Source of the DNA: an uncultured Gemmatimonadaceae bacterium
GTDB taxonomy: Bacteria; Gemmatimonadota; Gemmatimonadetes; Gemmatimonadales; Gemmatimonadaceae
DNA: 64,000 nucleotides
Direction: 5' to 3'
Assembly: GCA_963740355.1 (NCBI GenBank)
Contig: CAVUDW010000003.1
Span: 2,080,001-2,144,000 of the forward strand
The translations under genes were made by a program, and so were the position numbers. A model generated the notes under the pieces. That model was given only the letters and a program-made list of their open reading frames with translations, had not been told where the DNA came from and ran no database searches. Of this stretch, positions 42,127-51,853 are shown one piece after another; within the stretch, counting starts at the first letter, position 1; each line of letters starts with the position of its first letter.

Positions 42127-43278
42127 CTACTGGCAGCCGTTCACACCCGGCATTCGATCACGCGGGTCGCGAGGGGCTGCAGACCCGTCGAGGCGAAGCT
42201 CGTATGCGTCCTGGACCTGGTTGCCATCGTAGCGAATCGATTGGCGGATCAATGCGGGCCGCGACTTGCCGCTCGTCAATCGATACCAGTTGTTGGTCGA
42301 CTGCGTGTAGACCGGCCCACAATGATCCAGCTGGACGGTGACTCCCTTCTGGTACACGACCCCGAGCATGTGCTCCCCGCGGGGATGCATGCCCCCCTCG
42401 TCGAGATAGATCGTCTTCACCTGCGCCTGCGTTCCACTTGCAAGCAGCGAGAACTGTCGTCCCCCGTACGTCACGCTGCCCGACATGTTGAATGGGTTGC
42501 GATCGTTCTTGAATGACAGGTCTCCACGCTTTGGTCCTGCCGAGTCCCACGTGATTCCGGTCGGCAACGCAACCAGTGTTTTCCAGTCGTACCCCATGCT
42601 GTTGGCAGGAACCAGCAGCGTCACCACCGTCGCTGCCACCGACTCATGCGGCAGTGAGGTCGCGACCGGCTGCTGCGTAGCGCCTGCGGCGCATTGTTCG
42701 CTGTAGAGTGCGAGCTGGTTCGGCTGCAACTTCGGCAGGTCCGCTCCGGCGGTGAGCACAAAGCCTTCACCGGTACGTCGCGCGTTGGCCGCCTGAATCG
42801 AGAGGTGCGACGCGTGCACGCCCGCACCACCCAGCCGATAGGTGTTGGTGCTGCCCGCCGACCCGCGCACAGGGCAGCGTACCAGCGTGGTCGTCACTCC
42901 CGCCTGCGTCAGCGCCATCAGCAACGCCTCTTCTCCGAATGGCGTACCACCATTTCGCAGGTAGAGGTTGAACACCATCGTGCGCGCACCGGTGGCGATC
43001 ACGGCGATCGGGCGACCCGCGATGTTCGCCGCACCCTGTCGCGCAAAACAGCCGCCATCAGGCGCACAGTTTGTCAGGGACGTTGGCGGCAGCGCGGCCC
43101 AGCGGATACCGGGGAGCGCCTCGATCGCGGTCCAGCTCGCGGGCTGATCCATCCGTGACCACGCCGTCACCATCGCTGCCACATCGGCCTCGGGGCCACT
43201 TCGTCCGGTGAACGCCGACATCGCGAGCACCGCACACACCATGAGGGCGCTTCGCACTGCGGTCGTTCGAGTGGACAT
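42127..43278 (-). CDS. Secreted hypothetical protein with an internal two-domain duplication
   Basis: GGAG RBS before ATG 43278, signal-like N-terminus, two homologous halves. Confidence 0.7.
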   Translation of the reverse strand: MSTRTTAVRSALMVCAVLAMSAFTGRSGPEADVAAMVTAWSRMDQPASWTAIEALPGIRWAALPPTSLTNCAPDGGCFARQGAANIAGRPIAVIATGARTMVFNLYLRNGGTPFGEEALLMALTQAGVTTTLVRCPVRGSAGSTNTYRLGGAGVHASHLSIQAANARRTGEGFVLTAGADLPKLQPNQLALYSEQCAAGATQQPVATSLPHESVAATVVTLLVPANSMGYDWKTLVALPTGITWDSAGPKRGDLSFKNDRNPFNMSGSVTYGGRQFSLLASGTQAQVKTIYLDEGGMHPRGEHMLGVVYQKGVTVQLDHCGPVYTQSTNNWYRLTSGKSRPALIRQSIRYDGNQVQDAYELRLDGSAAPRDPRDRMPGVNGCQ

Positions 43279-43401
43279 GGTGGAGCTCCAGGAATCGGGC
43301 AGGTGGCGAAGACCGCAGGCGCGAAGGACGCACCGCATCGAGCATTGCGAAAAACCCCCGCGACAGCTGTCACCCCCATCGCACATTGCTGCGTTCGTTC
43401 G

Positions 43402-43761
43402 TCAGAGCACCTTCGCGTTCTCGGCGATGCGCGCCTTCACGATCTTCTTCACCAGCGCCGCGGGAATCGGCTTGTCCGGTTGGAAGCGGATGGTGCCGGT
43501 ACTGGTCTCGAAACCTTCAAGGTCCTTCTTGAACGCCTCGAGCGTCGAGTTGCTCATCGCGTAGAGCGCACAATGTCCTTTCCGAGCGCCGAACCCGACC
43601 AGCATCTTGCCGAGTCGAATCATCGGAATCTGGTAGTTGATCGCCTCCTCGGCCTTCGGTACGGCGGCGTGGATCACGCGGCGCAATTTCTCCAGCGCCA
43701 TCCGCTGATCCTCGGGAAGGCGCGCAAGATATTCATCGATTGTCTTCGGCTTGATGGCCAT
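43402..43761 (-). CDS. DUF1801 (YdhG-like) protein
   Basis: TIDEYLA, EEAINYQIP, GTIRFQPDKPIP. Confidence 0.88.
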   Translation of the reverse strand: MAIKPKTIDEYLARLPEDQRMALEKLRRVIHAAVPKAEEAINYQIPMIRLGKMLVGFGARKGHCALYAMSNSTLEAFKKDLEGFETSTGTIRFQPDKPIPAALVKKIVKARIAENAKVL

Positions 43762-43793
43762 TCACCCCTCCGATGCGAGGCGCTGTCGAACGC

Positions 43794-44675
43794 TCAGGGC
43801 GCGCCGAGCTTCTTGCGCGTGTACGGTCGCGCAAATGCGGACGGCGGATTGTGCCCGGTGGACAGGTCGTATGCCTTCTGGTACAGCGGCGTGGCGCGCG
43901 CCGCCTCGCCCTTCTTTTCATAGGTCATCGCCAGCAGGACATGCAGGAACGGATCGGTCGCGTTGCCCTGCATCGCCAGCGCCTTCGTCAGCTCCGACTC
44001 CGCCGTCGCGAGATCATTCGTGTACAGCGCGACGTATCCGACGAGATAGGGATAGAAGCGCGCCTGTTGCGCCGCCATCGCGCTATCGGCATCGAGGATC
44101 CGGCGTGCCTCGGCGACGTGTCGCTTTGCTTCACCGGCATTGCCACGGCGCGCCGCGAGCCTGCCGAGCGCGTGTGCCAGGCGGAAATCCCAGAGCGCCT
44201 TGGGATGGGTGCGCGGCTCCGGCTCCTTCAAGCCCAGCTCACTGCCACGACGATAGAGTCGCTCGGCGACATCGAGCTGTCCAACGTCGATACAGATGCG
44301 GGCGGCTTCGTTGGCCATCTCGCCTTCCTGGTAAAACGCATTCTGCGGCTCGGCCTGTTCACGCGTCTTCCAGTAGTCGATCACCATCTCTTCGTAGCGC
44401 ACAGTCTCGGAGCAGTGGCCCTCGAAGGCATGCGAGATTGCCATGCGCCGCTGCGCGACCGCCTTCGCCGCAGGCGTCGCCGCGCCGTCGATCAACTTCT
44501 GGAAGATGGCGCGCGCCGCGACGTGCTGGCCCTCCACATCGAGCCGCGACGCGGTCCGGATGCTATCGGCCTGCGGCGTGACAGGCGCCGCGCCTTGTGC
44601 CGTGGCGGTGCTGGTTGCGACGAGGCATATGCCCGAAATCAGGAGCGCCGAAGAACGGAAGCGCGATGTGTTCAT
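43794..44675 (-). CDS. Exported TPR-like helical repeat protein
   Basis: Signal peptide; TPR-like helices such as LAMTYEKKGEAARATPLYQKA. Confidence 0.72.
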   Translation of the reverse strand: MNTSRFRSSALLISGICLVATSTATAQGAAPVTPQADSIRTASRLDVEGQHVAARAIFQKLIDGAATPAAKAVAQRRMAISHAFEGHCSETVRYEEMVIDYWKTREQAEPQNAFYQEGEMANEAARICIDVGQLDVAERLYRRGSELGLKEPEPRTHPKALWDFRLAHALGRLAARRGNAGEAKRHVAEARRILDADSAMAAQQARFYPYLVGYVALYTNDLATAESELTKALAMQGNATDPFLHVLLAMTYEKKGEAARATPLYQKAYDLSTGHNPPSAFARPYTRKKLGAP

Positions 44676-44726
44676 GGAGAGGTGGCGTGAAAAGTTGGTC
44701 GTCGCGCGTGTGAACCAGAGCGGCCG

Positions 44727-45098
44727 TCAGATGAGCCGGTTGATCCGGAAGAACGTGACAAAAAGCGCGACGGCGAGGAGTACAATGCCATCCAGACCAT
44801 AGACCAGCCAGTGCGCCACCGTACTAGAATAGCGGCCGGTGAGAGCGAGAATGCTCAGCAGGCAGATGAGGATCGCAGCGAAGGGCAGCAACTGATCGCT
44901 GATGTACCAGGTCATGCCTTTCTGGATCATCACAGTCCAGCGCAATACCCAGTAGCCGAGCACACAGGCAGCTGTGGCCAGGTTGAGCCAGATGATGGGG
45001 GCGACGCTTGGCGGACGACGGCGAACCAGCAGCCCGACGGTCGCATAGATCACCAGCCCGAGCCACGCAAAAATGGCCGGTGAGGAGATTCGGTTCAT
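44727..45098 (-). CDS. Small integral membrane hypothetical protein
   Basis: Four hydrophobic segments from MNRISS. Confidence 0.6.
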   Translation of the reverse strand: MNRISSPAIFAWLGLVIYATVGLLVRRRPPSVAPIIWLNLATAACVLGYWVLRWTVMIQKGMTWYISDQLLPFAAILICLLSILALTGRYSSTVAHWLVYGLDGIVLLAVALFVTFFRINRLI

Positions 45099-45177
45099 GG
45101 CTGCGCGTGAGTAAGGGAAGACCCGAGCGTTCCGGGCCGGTGCCCGCAGGGTCGCCCTCCGACTCATGAGCTAAGCC

Positions 45178-45987
45178 ATGCCGACCATCACTTCGAACTG
45201 CACTCATCGTAATGCCCTGCGCAGCGCGCAGGTCGCACTGGCCACCGTTGGTGTCGCGCTGCTGGCCGCATGCGGCGGCGGAGGCGGCGGTGACAACAAC
45301 GGCGGGACCCCGCCGGGCGCCCAGCAGGTGCAGGTGGGGCAGAATCTCGACGGACAGCCGGCCAACAGCGGTGTCCGTTGCATCGACGGCGTGCCGGCAC
45401 AGACCCCTGCCTACCAGGGATTCTTCTTCCAGCCGAGTTCATTCCAGCCGTTCCTGAACGCCAATTCGTGCACAATGATCACGTTCTTTGACGGGGCGCA
45501 GGTCCCCACCCGAGGCACGGTGGTGGCGGCGAACATCAAGGTGGGGGCCGTGACGGGCCCGATGCGCTTCGTGCGGGCGAGGGTGTTGTTCAAGCGCGGC
45601 ATCGGCTCCGATACCACGGCCTGCTGCTCAGTGGAACAGGTCGGCCCGACCTTTACCCCGACGCCGAACAGCGTCACGACCGTGCCGCTCAACTTCCCGA
45701 TGACGCACGATCCGATTCCGGCGCAGAACAACTTTACTGCGATTGCGGCGCAGGATCTGGTGGCCCTCGAAGTACTGGCCCCGAACGTCCCGATCCCGGG
45801 AACGTGGGTGAACAACTTCAGCGGCAACCTCGTGCAGGCGAACTATGTCTACTGGCCGGCCTTCACACTCAATCCGAACAACGCCGGCCAGAACAAGCGC
45901 GCAAACGCCGGCTTCAGTGGCTTCATGCCATCGTACAACCTGAACTTCGTGGCATCGGCGGTCGCAGGCCGAATCGTCGAGCCGTAG
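45178..45987 (+). CDS. Hypothetical lipoprotein
   Basis: LAAC lipobox plus Gly linker, beta-rich body, strong codon bias, followed by a hairpin. Confidence 0.7.
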   Translation: MPTITSNCTHRNALRSAQVALATVGVALLAACGGGGGGDNNGGTPPGAQQVQVGQNLDGQPANSGVRCIDGVPAQTPAYQGFFFQPSSFQPFLNANSCTMITFFDGAQVPTRGTVVAANIKVGAVTGPMRFVRARVLFKRGIGSDTTACCSVEQVGPTFTPTPNSVTTVPLNFPMTHDPIPAQNNFTAIAAQDLVALEVLAPNVPIPGTWVNNFSGNLVQANYVYWPAFTLNPNNAGQNKRANAGFSGFMPSYNLNFVASAVAGRIVEP

Positions 45988-45999
45988 AATCTCGCTAGG

Positions 46000-46052
46000 G
46001 ACAGAGAAAGGCCGGCGATCGGAGGCATCCCGATCGCCGGCCTTTCTCTGTC
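46000..46052. terminator. Bidirectional terminator candidate (23-bp perfect stem)
   Basis: GACAGAGAAAGGCCGGCGATCGG-aggcatc-CCGATCGCCGGCCTTTCTCTGTC between convergent genes. Confidence 0.8.
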
Positions 46053-46094
46053 GCCGCCGTGTATCAGGGCGGCCACAGGCGCATTTCCTGCGCA

Positions 46095-46778
46095 CTACTT
46101 CGAGACGTACAGCTCCGGCAGACGACGCTTCAGCAATTCCAGCTTCGGCATGTCGTTGATCACGATGTAGGCCTGGTTCGGATGCAACGCGAGGTAATTC
46201 TGGTGGTACGCCTCGGCCGCATAGAACGCCTTCAGCGGCTCGAGCGTGGTGACGATCGGCCGGCGGTAGGTGCCAGCCTTCGTCATTTCAGCGATGTACG
46301 CCGCAGCGGCAGTACGCTGCGCATCATTGGCGTAGAAAACCGTGGACCGGTACTGCGTGCCAACATCCGGGCCCTGCCGATTGAGCTCGGTCGGATCGTG
46401 CGCCACGGTGAAGAACACCTTCAGCAACGTGCCATACGACACCACCGCGGGATCGTAGGTGACTTCGACCGACTCAGCGTGACCGGTGTTCCCGCTGCCG
46501 ACCTCCTCGTACATCGCCGTCTCCTTCGCGCCGCCAGCATACCCGGAGACGACGCCGGTCACGCCTTTCACGTGCTTGAACACGGCATCAACGCCCCAGA
46601 AGCAGCCACCCGCAAACACGGCCGTCTGCGTGCCAGCTGTGAGGGTCGGAACGTCAGCCGCCGGTTCGGGAAGCACGGTGTCAGCCGTCGCGGCGGCGGC
46701 CGTCGAGGAACATGCCATTGCCAGCGCCAGCGGAACGGCACGCAACGACCGAGCGAGGGAGCGAATCATCGGAGTCAT
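46095..46778 (-). CDS. msrA: Peptide-methionine (S)-S-oxide reductase, exported
   Basis: FAGGCFWG, GHAESV, HDPTELNRQGPDVGTQYRS, AEAYHQNY; N-terminal signal. Start ATG 46778 or GTG 46787. Confidence 0.93.
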   Translation of the reverse strand: MTPMIRSLARSLRAVPLALAMACSSTAAAATADTVLPEPAADVPTLTAGTQTAVFAGGCFWGVDAVFKHVKGVTGVVSGYAGGAKETAMYEEVGSGNTGHAESVEVTYDPAVVSYGTLLKVFFTVAHDPTELNRQGPDVGTQYRSTVFYANDAQRTAAAAYIAEMTKAGTYRRPIVTTLEPLKAFYAAEAYHQNYLALHPNQAYIVINDMPKLELLKRRLPELYVSK

Positions 46779-46894
46779 GGGAAGCACGGGTTGTGGCGGG
46801 GGGAGCAGGTACGCCGCCGGTCACACACTCTATACGGCAGCGCACGATGTTGTTCCCGTCCGCGATCCCGCGCGGCGGCGGCTCCAGCGATTCG

Positions 46895-48154
46895 CTACTG
46901 CGCCGACGGCTGCACGATCTTCCCGATGAAGAGAATCGTCCTCGTCAGGCGGTCGCGGATCACGAAGAGGAAGGGCCGATCGACGATGAAGGCGGTTGGC
47001 GGGCCAAGCGAAGTTACGACAACTCCGATCGAGGTCACGGCAGCGGCCTCGGTGCCCTCCTCGTTCACGTCCACGTACACCTTCTGCCGCACTTCACTCA
47101 CCGCCAGACCGGTCGTTGGCGCGGCGAACATCGGTGCCAATTGCGCATCGAAGAACGGGCGCGACATGCCGAGCGCCACCAGGCCCTGGTTCAGCGTCCG
47201 TGATGTTTCGAGGCGAAACTTCGGCAGCTGTATCAGGAGTGATACGCTGCTGTCCGGAAGCCTCGCCAGCATCGCATCCCATCGAGCCGGCGTCAGCGAA
47301 TCGATCATCGATTCGAGCTTCCCCACCGGTGGCACCACGATGTCCATCACGAAGGCGTCGCCGCCATAGGGCAACTCGCCGATCGCCGTGCCGTCTGGCA
47401 ACACCCCTGCGCGCACGAGTCCCTTCTGCGTGACCATCGTCGGCACTTGTATCGATCGTGCGGACGAGACGGTGAATGGCAGTGTCCGGGTATCGCTGGG
47501 ATTGAACTGCGAGCGCCACTTGCCCTTGAAGTAGGTCGCATTCACCAGCAGGACGATCTCGCCATTGAAGTTGGTGACGATCTTCTTGATCTTCGCGTTC
47601 GTGGCTGCTGATACCCAGTCGTTGATCGTGGTGATGGTCGATGGCGCACCAAATGACAGCGACGTCACCTTGGCGCCGAACACATCCCCGACGCTCTGCT
47701 TGAATCCGGCGGATGGCGGTACGCTGAGATCGAACCAGGCCGCATTGGCGAACGTCATCTTCACCGACGGGTCGAGCGTCGAGAGCAGCGGAATGAGCGC
47801 CTTGTACGCGGCGTTCACTTGCGACACAGGCCGATCACCAAAGCCGATCGTGCGTCGCACCTGATCCAGCGTTTCGCCCTCGGCTCCGTTCATCAGCATG
47901 CCGAGCGCGAGCGACGCAGAAATGGGCGAGAGTGCAAGGCTGCTGTCGCGCGCCGAGAGCGCGTTCACGGAACGGAACAGCGAGAGCCCGAACTCGGTCG
48001 TGGCAGTCGCGGCCAGTTGCTCATCACCGCTCAGCGCCCGTGGCAACGACCTGATCACCGGCTGCGCGGCCTGCGAGCCATCGGTTGGGCCAACACAACT
48101 TGCCAGTACACCAACACCCACCAGCGCCACCAGAATCCGACGTGTCAGTCCCAT
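46895..48154 (-). CDS. Serpin family lipoprotein
   Basis: LASC lipobox, SPISASLALGM, NATYFKGKW, LPKF, VNEEGTEAAAVT, FIVDRPFLFVIRD, LFIGKI. Confidence 0.93.
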   Translation of the reverse strand: MGLTRRILVALVGVGVLASCVGPTDGSQAAQPVIRSLPRALSGDEQLAATATTEFGLSLFRSVNALSARDSSLALSPISASLALGMLMNGAEGETLDQVRRTIGFGDRPVSQVNAAYKALIPLLSTLDPSVKMTFANAAWFDLSVPPSAGFKQSVGDVFGAKVTSLSFGAPSTITTINDWVSAATNAKIKKIVTNFNGEIVLLVNATYFKGKWRSQFNPSDTRTLPFTVSSARSIQVPTMVTQKGLVRAGVLPDGTAIGELPYGGDAFVMDIVVPPVGKLESMIDSLTPARWDAMLARLPDSSVSLLIQLPKFRLETSRTLNQGLVALGMSRPFFDAQLAPMFAAPTTGLAVSEVRQKVYVDVNEEGTEAAAVTSIGVVVTSLGPPTAFIVDRPFLFVIRDRLTRTILFIGKIVQPSAQ

Positions 48155-48265
48155 CTCGCACTCCCTGCCCGAGGTCCCCGTGCGGTCGCGAGCGATTTCC
48201 GCTGACCGATCACTCCTCGGATACTTCCTGACACCAATCCCGGTCACGGCGCCTTGCGCACAGGG

Positions 48266-48706
48266 TCAGCGGAGCCGACGTCCCAGCAGCAGCGCCGCGG
48301 CCACGAGGATCACGCCGAGCACGGGCGAGAATAGCGTCCATGTCGACCCGTCGATGTCGCGCGACGCCCACGTCAATGCCTGCGTTGCAAGCAGCGGACC
48401 GATGAAGCCCGCACCGTACACCAAGCCGCGCAAACCAACGCGATGCGCTGGTGTTTCACCGCGACGCAAAGCCAGCACCGAGTACCGCGCGCCAAAAATC
48501 AGCCCCGCTGCCGCGAGCAGGTTGACCACAAGGTCGATCCCAGCGTTCACCGTTGCCTGCGTGATGAAGCGATCAAAGAGACCCAGCAGCAGAGCGGCTC
48601 CAATACCGATGATCCAGGGACGGACGATACCGCGAGCGGCACCACCAACAGCAAGCGGGTGCGGGATACGTGCCGCTGGCGAGTTTTCGAACGAAGTGAG
48701 AGTCAT
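48266..48706 (-). CDS. Membrane hypothetical protein
   Basis: Four hydrophobic segments; fills the gap between co-oriented genes. Confidence 0.55.
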   Translation of the reverse strand: MTLTSFENSPAARIPHPLAVGGAARGIVRPWIIGIGAALLLGLFDRFITQATVNAGIDLVVNLLAAAGLIFGARYSVLALRRGETPAHRVGLRGLVYGAGFIGPLLATQALTWASRDIDGSTWTLFSPVLGVILVAAALLLGRRLR

Positions 48707-48715
48707 ACCAAACGA

Positions 48716-49852
48716 CTACACCACAGACAGCTGCCTGACGTCGTCGAGGGTGGCGCATCCCGCCAATGCCATCGAAAGGGACAGGTCGTCGCGCAGCAGG
48801 GTGAGTACGCGCACCACGCCGCGTTCCCCATCCACCGCCAGCCCCCACAGGTACGGACGACCGATGAGCACGGCGCGCGCACCGAGCGCCAACGCCTTCA
48901 ATACATCAGTGCCGCGGCGGATCCCACCATCGACGAACACTTCCGCCGCATCACCGACCGCGTCCACGATCGGCTCCAGTGCATCACACGAGGACACCGC
49001 GGTGTCCAACTGCCGCCCGCCATGATTCGACACGCCAATGCCACGCGCACCATTCGCGACGCACAGCCTGGCATCCTCCGGCGCCAGCACACCCTTCACC
49101 ACCACCGGCAACGTCGTGATGCTCACCAGCCACTGCAGCCCTTCCCAGGTCAGGCCCGGATCGAACTGGTCGTTGATGTACTTGAGCAGTGCCGACCCGT
49201 CAGCCGAATTCTCGATCGCGTGATCGAAGTTCGCGGCGCGCACATGCGGCGGCACCTGAAAGCCATTGCGCAGGTCGCGCTCGCGATTGCCGGGGCGCTG
49301 CACATCGACGGTGAGGCAGATGGCGGTGTAGCCAGCGTCTTCTGCCCGTCGCACGAGGTCGCGCGTGATCTCCCGATCGCGGTACACGTAGAGTTGAAAC
49401 CAGCGCGGGGCAGGTGCGGCGGCGGCGACCTCGTCGAGCGGATATGAGCTGAGGGTGCTCAACACCTGGCCCATGCCGAGCGTGGAAACGGCACGCGCCA
49501 CAGCCAGTTCACCGTCCGGATGCGCGAGCCGATTCAGCGCACACGGCGCCGTCAGAATTGGTGACGCGAGAGGCTGCCCGAGCACCGTCGTGGCCAGCTC
49601 GCACGATGAGACATCCACCAAAACCCGCGGCAGGAGTCGCAGCCGCTGCCACGCCGCCTCGTTCTCGCGAACGGTAATCTCATCCCCGGCTGCGCCGGCG
49701 TAATAGTCGTACACCGACTGCGTCAGGCACTCACGGGCATGTGCCTCGTAATCGCGCGGATTGAGCAGGACGGCCATCGGTCGCGGGGCAGAGGAAGTCG
49801 GACTTGTGACAGCGCGCGAAACTTCGTTCGGATCGAGTCTATCCGCTGTCAC
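48716..49852 (-). CDS. FMN-dependent alpha-hydroxy acid oxidase/dehydrogenase
   Basis: YDYYAG, WFQLY, LTVD, VVKGV, SNHGGRQLD, DGGIRRGTDVLKALALGA. Confidence 0.92.
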   Translation of the reverse strand: MTADRLDPNEVSRAVTSPTSSAPRPMAVLLNPRDYEAHARECLTQSVYDYYAGAAGDEITVRENEAAWQRLRLLPRVLVDVSSCELATTVLGQPLASPILTAPCALNRLAHPDGELAVARAVSTLGMGQVLSTLSSYPLDEVAAAAPAPRWFQLYVYRDREITRDLVRRAEDAGYTAICLTVDVQRPGNRERDLRNGFQVPPHVRAANFDHAIENSADGSALLKYINDQFDPGLTWEGLQWLVSITTLPVVVKGVLAPEDARLCVANGARGIGVSNHGGRQLDTAVSSCDALEPIVDAVGDAAEVFVDGGIRRGTDVLKALALGARAVLIGRPYLWGLAVDGERGVVRVLTLLRDDLSLSMALAGCATLDDVRQLSVV

Positions 49853-49979
49853 AGACGCGGTGAAGCGGCTCGTCGCTGGCCGGCAGGCGTCATCGGCCGC
49901 TTGCGTTCACGGTGCCCACACCCCATCTGTGCAAGCCAACCGCTGCGCCTTTCGACCGTCGCCCCTCGCATCGCTTCCT

Positions 49980-50684
49980 GTGCCAGCTCGCCGCGTCGCA
50001 ACTCACGACGTCTCATCAGCCGTCGCCTGGCTCAAACGGCATGCCACGAAGGCCACCCGGGACGGGATGGCGCGATTCGCCATCCCGTCTGACCACGCCC
50101 TCGGTGTCACGATGAGCCAGTTGAAGCTCCTGGCGAAGGAGATCGGCCGTGATCATGCGCTGGCCGACGGCCTGTGGAACACCGGGATCTACGAAGCGCG
50201 CATGACTGCCGCACTGATCGACGACCCGGCGCAAGTGACGTCGGCCCAGATGGATCGCTGGTGCCGCGATTTCGATAACTGGGGTATCGCCGACACGGTC
50301 TGCTTCGCGCTCTTCGATCGGACCGAACATCGGTGGGCCAAGGTGCCGAAATGGGCCGCGAAACAGGCGGAGTTCCAGAAGCGCGCGGGCTTCGCACTGC
50401 TCTGGGGCCTCACCACGCACGACAAGACCGCACCCAACGCACACTATCTCAATGGACTGGCACTGATAGAGCGTGCCGCCACCGACGATCGTCACTTCGT
50501 GAAGAAGGCCGTCAACATGGCGCTACGCGCGGTTGGCAAGCGCAATCGCGCGCTGAACGCCGCCGCGGTGACCGTCGCGACACGACTGGCCGCATCCGAG
50601 CATGCCAGCGCACGTTGGATCGGTAAGGATGCGCTGCGCGAGTTGACGGGACCGGTCGTGGCGCGACGGATCGCAAAACGCTGA
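49980..50684 (+). CDS. DNA alkylation repair protein (AlkD-like glycosylase)
   Basis: LWNTGIYEAR, DFDNWGIADT, DDRHFVKKAVNMALRAVGKR. GTG start near 49980 is uncertain. Confidence 0.85.
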   Translation: MPARRVATHDVSSAVAWLKRHATKATRDGMARFAIPSDHALGVTMSQLKLLAKEIGRDHALADGLWNTGIYEARMTAALIDDPAQVTSAQMDRWCRDFDNWGIADTVCFALFDRTEHRWAKVPKWAAKQAEFQKRAGFALLWGLTTHDKTAPNAHYLNGLALIERAATDDRHFVKKAVNMALRAVGKRNRALNAAAVTVATRLAASEHASARWIGKDALRELTGPVVARRIAKR

Positions 50685-50695
50685 ACCGCTCGACG

Positions 50696-51853
50696 CTACG
50701 CCGCCCGCTTTCGGTATTGACCAACCGCGAGGGACAGGATCGCCAAGCCGAGAATCGCCAGTGCCACCAGCTCGTGCCAGACATCTACCACACCCGCACC
50801 GCGCAGCAGCACCGCCCGAACCAGTGCAATGAAGTGCATCATCGGGTTGACCTGCGCAACGATCTGCACCCATTGCGGCATGGCGCGGATCGGCGTGAAC
50901 AGGCCACTCATCAGCACGTAGACCATCAGCAGCGAGAAGGTCACGAACAGCGCCTGCTGCTGCGTCTCGGAGATGGTCGACACCCAGAGCCCGATGCCCA
51001 GCGCCGCCAACAGGAACAACGACGCGCCGGCGTACAGCAACCAGACGCTGCCGACCACCGGTACGTGAAAGATCGCGACGGCGATCACCAGGCCGAGCGT
51101 GAACTCCAGCAGGCCGATCACCCAGAGCGGCAGGAGCTTCGCGGCAATGAAGACCGCCGGCGTGACCGGGGTGACGTTGAGCGAGTCCAGCGTGCCCGCT
51201 TCCTTCTCACGCACGATGTTGAGCGCGGTCATCAGCGTCCCGACAATCGTGATCAGCTGCACCAGGATCCCCGGCACCATGAAGCGCTTGTAGTCCATCG
51301 ACTCGTTGAAGCGCGCGCGCGTCAGCACCTCGATCACCGGCTGCCAGCGTGTCGGCACTGGGAGCGGACCTTCCCCGACTTGACGCGTTGCGCGAGGAGC
51401 CGCGGCGTCCAGTTGCGTTGCAAATCGGCTGATGATCTCGGCCGCGTACGATTGAATCACGCCGGCCTGTGATCCATTCTCGGCGTTCAGCACCAGCTGG
51501 ACTGCGGCCGATCGGTCGCGCGTGATGTCGCGGGCAAAGGAGGACGGAATCACGAGAATCGCATTCGTCGACCCGTCGAGTAGCGCATCCTCACCCTTCG
51601 TCTCGACCATCGACGTTCCGGCGATGGTGAAACGACCACTGGATGTGAAACGATCGACGAGCGCGCGCGATGCCGGCGTGTGATCCTGGTCCACCACCCA
51701 GAGCCGCGAGGTCTTGACCTCGAAGGTCGCCGCGTTCGCCAGCACCATCAGCTGGATCATCGGCATCACGAACAACATCCGAACGATGACCTTGTCGCGT
51801 CGGATCTGGAGGAACTCCTTGCGCAGCAGTACGCGCAGCGCCCGGAGCATCAT
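50696..51853 (-). CDS. ABC-2 transporter permease (YbhR-like)
   Basis: KEFLQIRRD, FMVPGIL, IVREKEAGTL, SGLFTPI. True start MMLRAL at 51853. Confidence 0.9.
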   Translation of the reverse strand: MMLRALRVLLRKEFLQIRRDKVIVRMLFVMPMIQLMVLANAATFEVKTSRLWVVDQDHTPASRALVDRFTSSGRFTIAGTSMVETKGEDALLDGSTNAILVIPSSFARDITRDRSAAVQLVLNAENGSQAGVIQSYAAEIISRFATQLDAAAPRATRQVGEGPLPVPTRWQPVIEVLTRARFNESMDYKRFMVPGILVQLITIVGTLMTALNIVREKEAGTLDSLNVTPVTPAVFIAAKLLPLWVIGLLEFTLGLVIAVAIFHVPVVGSVWLLYAGASLFLLAALGIGLWVSTISETQQQALFVTFSLLMVYVLMSGLFTPIRAMPQWVQIVAQVNPMMHFIALVRAVLLRGAGVVDVWHELVALAILGLAILSLAVGQYRKRAA

